From a virus (Duplodnaviria > Caudoviricetes): a stretch of DNA of 64,000 nt. The translations under genes were made by a program, and so were the position numbers. The notes under the pieces are model-generated. The model saw only the letters and a list, made by a program, of their open reading frames with translations, searched no databases and was not told the DNA's origin. Positions 7,159 through 16,287 of this stretch are shown piece by piece; the first letter of the stretch is position 1, and each line of letters starts with the position of its first letter. The DNA lies in the IMG/VR virus record IMGVR_UViG_3300028485_000001, positions 1-64,000 of that record; one strand, given 5' to 3'.

Positions 7159-9318
7159 TCACCCCGTGTAACGGGCAGCGGCCTCCTCCAGGTCCTCACG
7201 GCGGTACCCGCGCACCTGGGTTCCCTCGTGGTCGGTGTAGCGACCGGCCTTCGCGCCCGCGTCTTTCAGGGCGTTCTGGGTGTCCAACAGGTCCATCTCC
7301 ACCGCCGACGCGACCACCTCACCACGCACCCCGCGGGCACCATTGGAGAGCAACAGAGCCGCCGCCAGGACAGGCGGCAGGTCACTGCCCCCGGTCGCTC
7401 CACGCGGGGCCTCTGCGGCCTCCCCGGGCACCTCCGTGCGTGGCCGGTACGACCACACAGCACCGCCCGGGACGGTGGCCACCGCAGAGTCCGAGGACAG
7501 GTCCCATACCTGGATCGGAGGCTGCGACGGGCCCCGGCCAGCGATGCTCAAAACGGCGTATCCGCCCAACTCCAACTCGTGGGACTTCCAGTCCGACCCG
7601 AGGACCTGGTTGTTCTCGTTGCGGCCAGCCGTCTTCAACACCACCCTGTCCTGCATCACCCCATTGAGCTGCGACGGAATGCCCGAGCCCAGAAGTGGCT
7701 TCTGCGTCGCCCACTTCAGGTCAATGGCCCGCGAACGACCCATCGTCGCCAGCGGCTGGAGCGGCCCGAGAAGGTTGAGGTGGTCCGCGGGATCCTTTGC
7801 AGAGGTGTCGTGCATCGCGACGATCTCCGCGCCCTCATCGACGATTGCGACGATCCGCGGCCGGTCCTTCGTGGGAGTCCACGTCGACACGCCTTGCTCC
7901 TGCATGATCTGCGACCGATCATGGGACTCGGCATTCAGCTCCCGCAGCACACCGAGGATGTCCTCAGGGGTGATGGCGATGCGGATCTTGCCGCGCCACA
8001 GGGCGGATTCCTCACCCTTCGGGTCGATGTAGACGACCATGGTCGGCTCGGTGGCCTGGAGTGCTTCGGCGATGAGCACCCTCACCAGCACCGACTTGCC
8101 CGCTCCGGACGTCCCCGCGATGAGCATCCGCCCCTTCGGGAGCACCACGGGCTGCCCCGTTTCGGTGTCCAGGCCGATGCCCTTGCACCCGGGACGCCAC
8201 ACCATGTCCCGGGACGGCGTCCTGGTACGGATCCTGAGCACCGCCTGATCCCCGTAGTCGCCTTCGGACAGGTCAGAGCGCACGTCCCGGGGGACGCTGA
8301 GAGCCGCGCGGACGACGGGCATCTTCTTCTCCAGCCACTCCGGGTTCGCCTTCCCCGACAGGGTCATCACCACCCGAATGCCGAGTGCGTCCACCGTCGG
8401 CGTCCCCGGGACGACCCCCTCCAGGCCCCGGCCCGCCGTGTGCTCCTCCCACCCGGCAAGACGCGACAGGAGACGGTTCTCCGCATCCGTCGCACCCACC
8501 ACCACCGACCCCGGGACGACCCCCCGGGATGCAGACGACACGACCGCAGCAGATCCGCCCAGCTCACCAGGCGGAACGAGGGGGGACGCAGCCTCCGTCG
8601 CGCTCACCGTCCCCTCAGCGACCGCGATCGCGTGACCCTGGATCGCCAGCCACACCCACGCCGCCGGCCACGCCAGCAGCGGCCACCACATCCCAGCGCC
8701 GATCAGCGCAGCAACCGGGCCGAGAGCGACCACTCCGGGGATCGCGGCCTGCTTCGCGAGCCTGCCGCCCCGGGCCTTGAAGGTGAGCGCGTCCATCTTC
8801 ATCGCCGACGGGGCCTTGTTCTCCAGCTCCCGGAGTTCCTCGGTGAGGAGTTTGACCTGTGCTTCGTCGCGGCGGATGCGCGCCTTGTCGAGCTTCTTCG
8901 CAACGGCGGCGCGTTCCCGGCGGATCTCCGAACGGGCCTCCTCCACGATCTCGGCGTACAGCTCGGGGTCCTGGACGTAGGCTTCGGCGGTCCGCCAGCG
9001 CCGCGACCACGCGAGGAGGGCGTAGGTGTGTGAGGCTCCCAGCGATGCCCTGAGCCGGGCGTTGACGTCGTCCAGGAGAGCGCGTTTGGGGGTGACGGCG
9101 TCGGCGGGGGTGTCAACGGGGACGATGACGCCTTCGGTGGGCGTCCCGTCCGTCCCGTGGCCTGACCTGGGAGCGTCCCCCTCCGTCCCGTCTGGCGTTT
9201 CCTCTTTCGTCCTCCCTTCCCGGGGGAGGGGCGTCCCGGGGGACGCCTCATAGACGACACCCATCGGGATCCCGTCCGTGTACGCGTCCATCTCGTCTGT
9301 CTCGTGCTTGTGTGCCAT
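7159..9318 (-). CDS. traB: FtsK/SpoIIIE-family DNA translocase, TraB-like conjugal transfer protein
   Basis: N-terminal TM segments; Walker A GTSGAGKS; Walker B AIVDE; GRSRAI...ATQ; C-terminal helical DNA-binding-like tail. Confidence 0.8.
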   Translation of the reverse strand: MAHKHETDEMDAYTDGIPMGVVYEASPGTPLPREGRTKEETPDGTEGDAPRSGHGTDGTPTEGVIVPVDTPADAVTPKRALLDDVNARLRASLGASHTYALLAWSRRWRTAEAYVQDPELYAEIVEEARSEIRRERAAVAKKLDKARIRRDEAQVKLLTEELRELENKAPSAMKMDALTFKARGGRLAKQAAIPGVVALGPVAALIGAGMWWPLLAWPAAWVWLAIQGHAIAVAEGTVSATEAASPLVPPGELGGSAAVVSSASRGVVPGSVVVGATDAENRLLSRLAGWEEHTAGRGLEGVVPGTPTVDALGIRVVMTLSGKANPEWLEKKMPVVRAALSVPRDVRSDLSEGDYGDQAVLRIRTRTPSRDMVWRPGCKGIGLDTETGQPVVLPKGRMLIAGTSGAGKSVLVRVLIAEALQATEPTMVVYIDPKGEESALWRGKIRIAITPEDILGVLRELNAESHDRSQIMQEQGVSTWTPTKDRPRIVAIVDEGAEIVAMHDTSAKDPADHLNLLGPLQPLATMGRSRAIDLKWATQKPLLGSGIPSQLNGVMQDRVVLKTAGRNENNQVLGSDWKSHELELGGYAVLSIAGRGPSQPPIQVWDLSSDSAVATVPGGAVWSYRPRTEVPGEAAEAPRGATGGSDLPPVLAAALLLSNGARGVRGEVVASAVEMDLLDTQNALKDAGAKAGRYTDHEGTQVRGYRREDLEEAAARYTG

Positions 9319-9388
9319 GATCAGTGAGTCCTTACGAGTATGGGCAACCAGGGCCGCCGAGGTGCTTTCTCGGCGGCCCGCTGTTGTT

Positions 9389-9832
9389 CTAGGTGATCGC
9401 GCCGCCGATAATCCCGGCAACGAACGTCGCGCCCATGGAGTGCAACCAGTCGATGAAGCCGGTCACCACACCCGAGCCCGAGCCCTTGGCAGCGATCGGG
9501 GTGATGGTCAGGGCAGCGATCGCCACGGGGTTGTACGTGTGGTCGTAGCGCAGGTCCACAAGGGTGATCACGAACCCGACGATGCACAGCACCGACCAGA
9601 TCACCCCGGTGGGCAGAGGCTCCCCGACCCAGCCTCCGAATGCCCCCGCGATTCCGCCGATGAAGGTTCCATTAGCCCAGTTGGAGATCGTCGAGGACAT
9701 GGGGGACTCGTAGAGCAGCATGCTCCCCGCCGCGCCGACCAGGAGGGCGATCAGTCCCGCCCGGCGTCCCTTCAGTTTCTTGTTGAGCCAGAACGCCCAC
9801 GCGAACATGCAGATGGCGAGGAACCCGTACAT
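9389..9832 (-). CDS. Membrane protein, Spd-like
   Basis: Multiple TM helices; directly upstream of traB. Confidence 0.65.
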   Translation of the reverse strand: MYGFLAICMFAWAFWLNKKLKGRRAGLIALLVGAAGSMLLYESPMSSTISNWANGTFIGGIAGAFGGWVGEPLPTGVIWSVLCIVGFVITLVDLRYDHTYNPVAIAALTITPIAAKGSGSGVVTGFIDWLHSMGATFVAGIIGGAIT

Positions 9833-10020
9833 CAGGCGTCCCCCCGCTTCCGACCGGCGAGGTAGTGGCGAACCACCATGACAGCCCCCCACACAACGGT
9901 GATCGCGGCGATCGGGACGAGGATGATCTCGGGGGCCCCGAACATCGCCAGGATGGCGACGGCGGCGCAGGCGAACACCACAGGAATCAGCTTGCTGGTG
10001 GGTATCGGACGTTCAGACAT
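9832..10020 (-). CDS. Small membrane protein
   Basis: Two TM helices; GAAGGAG RBS. Confidence 0.7.
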   Translation of the reverse strand: MSERPIPTSKLIPVVFACAAVAILAMFGAPEIILVPIAAITVVWGAVMVVRHYLAGRKRGDA

Positions 10021-10165
10021 GGGTGGCTCCTTCGAGTAGGTGCTTCCAAGGTGTGGAGGGATCCGGCCACGCTCACCCGTGTGCTCGTGCGCCTGTCCCG
10101 TCCTCGACCGGTGTGACCACCCACCCGGCGAGCGGGGAAGTCGTCACACCCCCGAGGGGGCGACC

Positions 10166-10194
10166 CCCCCGGGACGCATCGCGCGTCCCGGGGG
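10166..10194. repeat. 12-bp stem-loop made of the GGGACGC motif
   Basis: CCCCCGGGACGC-ATCGC-GCGTCCCGGGGG. Confidence 0.7.
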
Positions 10195-10201
10195 AGAGGT
10201 G

Positions 10202-11506
10202 CTACTTGGTGCGCTTCAGCGCCGACATGTCCAGGCCCTGCTTCTCGGCCTTCTCGCGCCAGCGACGGATCGTCGGCGCAGCCACCTTCAGCTCCGCAGC
10301 AGCGCCACGCACCGACGCCTTCTCGCCAGCAGTGGCGATGTACGTCACCAGCTCCCGAACCTGCGGATCCATGACGGGCTGATCTCCCACGGGACGTCCC
10401 CGGGACACTCCCTGGTCAGAGCCGAACCCGAGGAGTGAGAGGTGGTCAGTCGCGTCCCCCGTGGGCGAGGCAGGACGGGGGAGGGACGACAGGTCGTTCG
10501 GAACATCGCCAGCACCCAACGCGAACGACGCAGGGCGGGACGCGTTGATCCTCTGGATCAGCTCCTGGCGGGCCAGTTCCACCTTCGCCGCTTCCTCCTC
10601 CATCGCCCGACGCTGCTCCCCGCGACGCCGGATGTCCGCGAGCTTCTGCTGGTGCTCGGCCTTGGCCTTGGCCTCGTCGACCCGCAACTCCTTCTCGGCC
10701 TTCTCCTCGATGTACGCCGCGTCCTCCTCCAGGCGAGCCAGCTCAACCCGGCGCTCGTGCGACAACTCAGTGGACAGCTCCGCGTCTTGGCGGGCCTGCT
10801 CCTCGGCAGCCAGACGGGCGGCCTCAGCCGCGGCTTCCGCCCGCTCCGCCTCGGCGCGCTCACGCTCCTCGGCGGCCTCTTCCTCCTTGCGCTTCGCCTC
10901 GGCGCGGGTGTCCGCCTCGTTGCGGCGGATCGTCACCAGCAGCGCCCAGAGCGCCTTCGACAGCAGCGGCGTCGCAGCGAACAGCAGCGCGCCGGACCAG
11001 CCGACGTGCACGACGATCGCGGCTGACGCCAACGCAGCGGCAGCCCACCCGAGAGCGGACGCCTGACGGGCTACCGACGGCACGAGCAGCGCCAGAACCA
11101 CCGACGCGACCATGACCAGGTCGAACAGCACACCCAGGGGGAGGCTGATGTACAGCGGGACGGGCAGGACGTGCGCGACCGCCCACGCAGCCCACGGCAG
11201 AGCGAACAGGGTCGGCAGAGCAGCCGCTGCGCCGAGCGCCCGGGGGAGCCACGACGGGGGCTCGCTGGCAGCGGGCGGGGCGCCCGCGGCGGCCTCAGCG
11301 GCATCGCGCGGAACCGGAACGGTGCGCTTCACCAGGAGCCGCCGCACGCGCTCCACGGTTGGAGCGAGGCGGCCCGAGCGGTGGAGCAGCAGCAGAATCC
11401 CTACTGCAACGGCGATCACTCCCGCTGTGGCAGCCCACGGAAGCCAGGGGAGGATGGCCTCCAGCAGGGTTGTGTCCTGCTGATTCTCTGTTGGTACGGT
11501 GTTCAT
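10202..11506 (-). CDS. Spd-like protein (TM bundle, coiled coil, C-terminal HTH)
   Basis: About five TM helices; Glu/Ala/Arg coiled coil; SVRGAAAELKVAAPTIRRW HTH. Confidence 0.65.
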   Translation of the reverse strand: MNTVPTENQQDTTLLEAILPWLPWAATAGVIAVAVGILLLLHRSGRLAPTVERVRRLLVKRTVPVPRDAAEAAAGAPPAASEPPSWLPRALGAAAALPTLFALPWAAWAVAHVLPVPLYISLPLGVLFDLVMVASVVLALLVPSVARQASALGWAAAALASAAIVVHVGWSGALLFAATPLLSKALWALLVTIRRNEADTRAEAKRKEEEAAEERERAEAERAEAAAEAARLAAEEQARQDAELSTELSHERRVELARLEEDAAYIEEKAEKELRVDEAKAKAEHQQKLADIRRRGEQRRAMEEEAAKVELARQELIQRINASRPASFALGAGDVPNDLSSLPRPASPTGDATDHLSLLGFGSDQGVSRGRPVGDQPVMDPQVRELVTYIATAGEKASVRGAAAELKVAAPTIRRWREKAEKQGLDMSALKRTK

Positions 11507-11579
11507 ATCCGGTCTCCTAGGGATCGGAGGCCCGCCCTGTCCTCACCGACGGGGGCGGGCCGTCTTGGTTTCGGGGTGG

Positions 11580-11738
11580 TCAGCCGTTGCCGAAGTTCAT
11601 GCTGATGCCGCCGCGCACGGTGCCGAGCTTGAGGTCCACGGGACCGGTGAGCTCTTCGACCGTGCCGTCCTCGTAGGTGATGACGGTGACGTCGTCGATC
11701 ATCCGAACGGACTCGACGGGCTTGTCCTGCTTGGCCAT
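11580..11738 (-). CDS. Small hypothetical protein (52 aa, MAKQDKPV...)
   Basis: Hand-translated; GAAGGAG RBS. Confidence 0.65.
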   Translation of the reverse strand: MAKQDKPVESVRMIDDVTVITYEDGTVEELTGPVDLKLGTVRGGISMNFGNG

Positions 11739-11763
11739 GAGGGCTCCTTCGGGGGGTGGTGGG

Positions 11764-11925
11764 TTACTTCTCGCGGGCGTCGAGCTTGCTCATGAACGAC
11801 TGCTGCTCGGACCGGTCCATGTCGGACTCCATGAGGTAGTGCGCGAGCAGCTTCGCGGCCTCGTCGGTGTCGCCCGCCGCGTTCGCGGCCTTGATCTTCT
11901 TCGCGGTGTCGTCCTTGAATCCCAT
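11764..11925 (-). CDS. Small hypothetical protein (MGFKDDTAKK...)
   Basis: GAAGGAG RBS. Confidence 0.7.
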   Translation of the reverse strand: MGFKDDTAKKIKAANAAGDTDEAAKLLAHYLMESDMDRSEQQSFMSKLDAREK

Positions 11926-12008
11926 GTCGGCTCCTTCGGGGGTTGGCGGACCGTGCTGGTCCCCGAGCCGCCCAGCAGGACGGGCCAGGCGACAGAGGGG
12001 CCGCACGG

Positions 12009-12296
12009 TCAGCGACTGAAATCCGGGACCGGCGGATACGGAGGGAGCAGCACCGGCCGTCGGTACGGTGCCACCTGGCGGCGCAGCTCCCGGCACACGT
12101 CCTCGACCGTGCGACCGCTGTCCGCGATGACCGCGGCGGTGATGCGGGCGGTGTGCACGGCGACCAGGGCTGCGCGTTCGGCGTCAGCCCCGTCGAGGGC
12201 CCGCTCGATTCCGGCGTCGTCCTGGCGGTGGGCGGCGCGGACCAGAGCGATCGCGCGGAGGGCCGCGTCCACGTCGGGGGCGTCAGCGGCGCTCAT
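12009..12296 (-). CDS. Hypothetical protein
   Basis: Operonic overlap with the upstream small ORF. Confidence 0.6.
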   Translation of the reverse strand: MSAADAPDVDAALRAIALVRAAHRQDDAGIERALDGADAERAALVAVHTARITAAVIADSGRTVEDVCRELRRQVAPYRRPVLLPPYPPVPDFSR

Positions 12297-12418
12297 CAGT
12301 GCCGCCCCTCGGCGTCAGCGGCCATGACGGCGTAGACGACCGCGATGATCGAGACGGCGACGCTGAGGCCGAGGATCACACCGAAGGGGTTCGCGAGGAC
12401 GAAGTCGATGAGGGTCAT
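12296..12418 (-). CDS. Small membrane peptide (40 aa)
   Basis: Hand-translated MTLIDFVLANPFGVILGLSVAV...; overlaps both neighbours. Confidence 0.55.
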   Translation of the reverse strand: MTLIDFVLANPFGVILGLSVAVSIIAVVYAVMAADAEGRH

Positions 12419-12630
12419 CGTCGGGCCTCCCCGGGGGTCAGGCCGGCGTCGCGGACGTTGCGGTCGTTGAGGGTGAGGGGCTGGCGGCGGATCGTCGCCG
12501 CGGACACCACGAGGGCGACCATGGCGACGGTGAGAGCGACCGCCTCGACGGGGGAGAGGTGGGAGAGCGCGAGGCGCAAAGCCTCAAGCGCGGGGGAGAC
12601 GGTCAAGCCGTCAGGGATTAGGCTGTTCAC
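12415..12630 (-). CDS. Small membrane protein
   Basis: AGGAG RBS; one TM helix. Confidence 0.55.
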   Translation of the reverse strand: MNSLIPDGLTVSPALEALRLALSHLSPVEAVALTVAMVALVVSAATIRRQPLTLNDRNVRDAGLTPGEARR

Positions 12631-12696
12631 AGCTCGGCTCCTGGTAGGTCAGGTGTCGGGATGGGCCCTGTCCGGCGGTCGAATCGCCGTGATGGG

Positions 12697-12743
12697 GCCG
12701 TGTCATGAAAAAAGTCTGTTCTTAAGACTTCATCCAGGACGGC
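12697..12743. other. Candidate attP-like imperfect inverted repeat
   Basis: GCCGT..ATGAA..AAGTC / GACTT..CAT..ACGGC, AT-rich, about 40 bp upstream of the integrase start. Confidence 0.4.
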
Positions 12744-12772
12744 ATGAAGAGATAGTACCGCACTTCTGCGGC

Positions 12773-12787
12773 TACCATAAGCCCATG
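12773..12787 (+). promoter_or_regulatory. Leaderless-type -10 for the integrase
   Basis: TACCAT-N6-ATG and no RBS. Confidence 0.6.
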
Positions 12788-14344
12788 GCGACTGAACCCC
12801 CATCCTCCCGCGCCCTTGACTTGATGTCCGGCCGCGCCTGGCTATATGCCCGTGTCAGCAAAGACCTGCGCGAAGGCTCCTCCTGCGACCAGCAGCTCAC
12901 CATCGGCCGCCGAGAGTGCGACCGCGAGGGCGTGCCCGTCGCAGGCGAGTACCGGGACGACGACATTTCCGCATCCCAGTACGCCAAGCGCGCCCGCGCC
13001 GACTGGGACCGTCTCATGGAGGATCTGAAACGCGACGGGCAACCAGGGGACAGGCTGTGGGGATGGGAGATCAGCCGCCTTGCCCGCGAACGCGGCACCT
13101 GGTCCCAAACAGTTCGGCTGCTCCAGGACCTCGGGATGTTCCTGTGGGTGGGTGGGAAGATCTACGACCCGCAGAACCCACAGGACATGTTCTTCCTGGA
13201 CATCATGCTCGCCAAAGCGGTCGCCGAGGTTGGCGACACTCGCCAGCGCATCCTTCGGGACGTGGCCGCGCGCGCAGAGGCTGGTGGCGCGTCAGGGCGC
13301 CCCGGGTATGGGTTCGAGCACGTCTACGACCCGAAGACTGGATCTTTCCTGGAGCGTCGACCGAAGCCGGACGAAGCGGAGATCGTCGCGGAGATGGCTG
13401 ATCGGCTTCTCGCTGGGGACGGCCTGGAGACCATCGCTAGGGACCTGAACACACGCAAGATGCCCAACTCGATCGAGTACATCGCTGGCCAGCGGATGCC
13501 TGATGGTAAAACGTCGCGCGGGTGGACGGCGGCGACCGTCCGAAGCATGCTCATGCGCTCCTCGATCATGGGCAAACGCTCCTGGAAGGGCCGTCTCATT
13601 GCTGAAGGCGGGTGGGAGGGCATCGTCTCCGAGGAAGACTGGTACGAGCTTCAGCGGCGCCTCAAGAGCAGGTCCGGCCAGGTCCGGGACGGAAGGGCGT
13701 CTCACGAACTGTCGGGGATCGGGACCTGTGGGGCGCGCGTCGATCGCGCCGAGGGCGGCGAGGGCGGCGAGGAGCCCACGCTGGTGCGGTGCGGGTGCCG
13801 TGTGTACGCGGAGTCGTCGAAGCGCGGCAGGGTGTACCGGTGCCGAGGCCGGTACGCGGGGGATGAGTCCGGGCACGTGTCCCGCAAGGCGGACCTCATC
13901 GAGGAGCAGGCGACGGGCCTGCTCATGGAGCACTTCTCCCGCCCAGATATCAAGGCCGCGCTTCTGTCGCCCCCGGATGAGAGCGGAGATGCGGCACGGG
14001 CCCGCTCGGAGGTGAAGCGCCTGGAGCGGGAGCTGGAGGGCCTGTACGAGGACGTGCGGGCTCGCCGGGTGTCGCGCCAACTCGCCGCGGCGGATGAAGA
14101 GGGCATCCGCGCGGAGCTGCGACGCCTGGAGGGGCAAGTGCGTCCGCAGACCATCGACCCGATGCTGATCGCTCTGGCGCAGAATCCGCGGGCGGCGTGG
14201 TCGGGGTGGAGTGTGGAGCAGCGGCGGAGGGCGTGGAGGTCGGCTGTGGCGCGTCTGGATGTGCTCCCGGTGGGGCGTGTGGGGCGCCGACCGGTGCCTG
14301 TGGAGGAGTCGATCGAGATCGACTTTGTGGGCCTGGTGGTGTGA
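12785..14344 (+). CDS. int: Large serine recombinase (integrase)
   Basis: YARVS catalytic motif; RE.SR..R; recombinase domain; Cys-containing ribbon; coiled coil. Confidence 0.95.
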   Translation: MATEPPSSRALDLMSGRAWLYARVSKDLREGSSCDQQLTIGRRECDREGVPVAGEYRDDDISASQYAKRARADWDRLMEDLKRDGQPGDRLWGWEISRLARERGTWSQTVRLLQDLGMFLWVGGKIYDPQNPQDMFFLDIMLAKAVAEVGDTRQRILRDVAARAEAGGASGRPGYGFEHVYDPKTGSFLERRPKPDEAEIVAEMADRLLAGDGLETIARDLNTRKMPNSIEYIAGQRMPDGKTSRGWTAATVRSMLMRSSIMGKRSWKGRLIAEGGWEGIVSEEDWYELQRRLKSRSGQVRDGRASHELSGIGTCGARVDRAEGGEGGEEPTLVRCGCRVYAESSKRGRVYRCRGRYAGDESGHVSRKADLIEEQATGLLMEHFSRPDIKAALLSPPDESGDAARARSEVKRLERELEGLYEDVRARRVSRQLAAADEEGIRAELRRLEGQVRPQTIDPMLIALAQNPRAAWSGWSVEQRRRAWRSAVARLDVLPVGRVGRRPVPVEESIEIDFVGLVV

Positions 14345-14348
14345 ATGG

Positions 14349-14386
14349 ACAGAGACGCCCCAGCCAGACGGCTGGGGCGTCTCTGT
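14349..14386. terminator. 17-bp perfect hairpin between convergent genes
   Basis: ACAGAGACGCCCCAGCC-AGAC-GGCTGGGGCGTCTCTGT. Confidence 0.85.
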
Positions 14387-14390
14387 GTCC

Positions 14391-14699
14391 TCATGCCCTG
14401 CGTCGGGCGAGGCACTTCGGGATGATGCCCGGGTGGGCGAGCGCGGAGGCGAGGGGTCCGAGTACGCCGACGGGGTCGCGTCGGGCCTGTTCGAGGGTGC
14501 AGTCGAGGCCGAACCCGATGATGAGCATGGCCAGCGCCTCGTCGCTGAGTTCGAGGGCTGCGTGCTGTGCGGTTTGTGAGGTCGGGGTGCCGGTGCAGAG
14601 GTACCAGGTGAGGTCTGTGGTGGTCTCGCAGAGCGAGGTCGGGGAGTCGAGGAGATCCAGTACCTCCACGGAGAATCGGATCATCGGCTGATCGGGCAT
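14391..14699 (-). CDS. Hypothetical protein
   Basis: ORF between integrase and repressor; weak RBS. Confidence 0.5.
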   Translation of the reverse strand: MPDQPMIRFSVEVLDLLDSPTSLCETTTDLTWYLCTGTPTSQTAQHAALELSDEALAMLIIGFGLDCTLEQARRDPVGVLGPLASALAHPGIIPKCLARRRA

Positions 14700-14944
14700 G
14701 GGAGACCGTCCTGGCGCGGTAGGAGGGCCCCGGGGGAGGGGGTCGGGGTTAGCCGGGTGGCTGAAACTGGACAATATGTGACGTGCGGCACAAAGGTAAA
14801 GTCTTTGACCGTGCACCGAAGGTAAAGTTTTGCCTGGTCACGCGATTAGAGCGCACGATTTCGTCATGGCGGCATGCCGAGACGGCGATGCATCAAACAC
14901 CGCTGTTGTCCTGCTGGTTGAGACGCGCCGAGCATCGGTTCGGT

Positions 14945-15460
14945 TCACATCGCCGCAATCGCTGCCATCGCGCGTAGGCGCCGGACCACGTCCTCCAGGG
15001 GTGTGTCTGCTTCTGCGGGCAGCCGGATGTCTAGCTCCTCACCGTCCTCGACGTAGTGGTAGTGCCACTGGCCGTCGTCGCGGGGCCATCCCTCCAGGGT
15101 CTCGCCTGCGCGTAGGGGTGGCGCCCCTCGTAGGCGGAGAGTCGGCTCGGCTTCTTCTATGGCAGGCCGGGTTCCGCGCGGTACGAGGAGCGGCCCCTCC
15201 AGGGGCGGTGTAGGCGGGGATGAGCCGTCGAGCATGGATCGGATGGTGCCAGCGGGGTACTGGTACGCGCGGTCAAGTTCAAGCAGGGTGCCCGTGCTGA
15301 AGCGATGATCAGCGCCGCTCTCGATGCGTTGCAGGTTCTTGTAGTTGACCCCGGTGGCGCGTGAGAACGCGCTCAGGTTCTTGTATTCGGGGCTGATCTC
15401 TACGCGCCGCTCGGTGAGGGCGTCTCCTATCTCACGCCTCGTATCGTCACTCTCTGTCAC
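14945..15460 (-). CDS. XRE-family HTH immunity repressor
   Basis: LSAFSRATGVNYKNLQRIESG; divergent from the Cro-like gene. Confidence 0.8.
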   Translation of the reverse strand: MTESDDTRREIGDALTERRVEISPEYKNLSAFSRATGVNYKNLQRIESGADHRFSTGTLLELDRAYQYPAGTIRSMLDGSSPPTPPLEGPLLVPRGTRPAIEEAEPTLRLRGAPPLRAGETLEGWPRDDGQWHYHYVEDGEELDIRLPAEADTPLEDVVRRLRAMAAIAAM

Positions 15461-15501
15461 GTCATCACTCCGTCTCGCTGTAGGGGCCTAGCTGATTATG
15501 C

Positions 15502-15683
15502 GGACTCACTAGGACTCACGCAAGGAGTCTAGGACCGCTGTGCCCAAAGGGATAGGAAACCCTACCCCTAGGGGCATCTGAGTCCAGGAAGCTTTGCTTT
15601 GCACGGACTGCAAGTCCGAAAAAGTCCTATCAAGTCTGCACGTGCACTTGCGCATTCGGACTCTGAGTCCTAGTGTGTCTCAC
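15502..15683. promoter_or_regulatory. Lysis/lysogeny switch: GGACT-N3-AGTCC operators and early promoter
   Basis: Palindromes at 15605-15617 and 15658-15670; TTGCGC(15648)-17 nt-TAGTGT(15671)-7 nt-ATG. Confidence 0.75.
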
Positions 15684-15974
15684 ATGCCAGTCACACAGAC
15701 GGTGGATCACAACGGATCCGCAATCAGGGACTTCCGCACCATCCGAGGGATGAGCTGTGCAGAGCTGGCCGACAAGGTCGGCATCCACGAGCAGACCCTC
15801 CGCAACATCGAGCTCTACGACTCCGCGAGCAGACCGGACCGCCCCAAGGGGTGCTCCGAGGTCGTTCTCGAACGCATCGCGACCGCGCTGGGAGTCCGTG
15901 CTCAGTCCATCTCCCGCAGCCCTGCCGGGCCGATCCTGTGCCCGGCCTGCGTCGACGGCGAGGAGGCGGCATGA
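15684..15974 (+). CDS. Cro-like HTH protein
   Basis: IRDFRTIRGMSCAELADKVGIHEQTLRNIE. Confidence 0.85.
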   Translation: MPVTQTVDHNGSAIRDFRTIRGMSCAELADKVGIHEQTLRNIELYDSASRPDRPKGCSEVVLERIATALGVRAQSISRSPAGPILCPACVDGEEAA

Positions 15975-16207
15975 CCTCCCAGGGGGAAGCTCGCCGCCTC
16001 ATCGCTGATCTCGCTGCTGCCACAGGGGTCTCTGAGAAGGACCTCACCGAGTGGCTGACGTCGCCCCCCACGAATCCGGGGTGGTCCCCCGAGGACACGC
16101 TCTTCGCTCGGCTGGAGTCGCTGCGGTCCGGGCCGATGCCCGATCACGTGGCGCGGGAGTTGCGCCGGATGTTCCACGCCGACGACCGCCAAGCCCCCGC
16201 GGCCTAA
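15971..16207 (+). CDS. Hypothetical protein
   Basis: GGAGG RBS; ATGA overlap. Confidence 0.7.
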   Translation: MTSQGEARRLIADLAAATGVSEKDLTEWLTSPPTNPGWSPEDTLFARLESLRSGPMPDHVARELRRMFHADDRQAPAA

Positions 16208-16287
16208 CCCCCTGAGACGCAAGATGCCCCCGCCAGGAGCTGACCCCGGCGAGGGCGACGGCACCACCACTGAAAGGAAGAAGTGCC

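Noticed and set aside
7228-9033. 601-aa plus-strand ORF
   Set aside because: Antisense shadow of traB, typical of high-GC DNA, with no motifs
12299-12784. N-terminal extension of the integrase
   Set aside because: Overlaps real minus-strand genes; the catalytic domain starts just after ATG 12785, which has a leaderless -10
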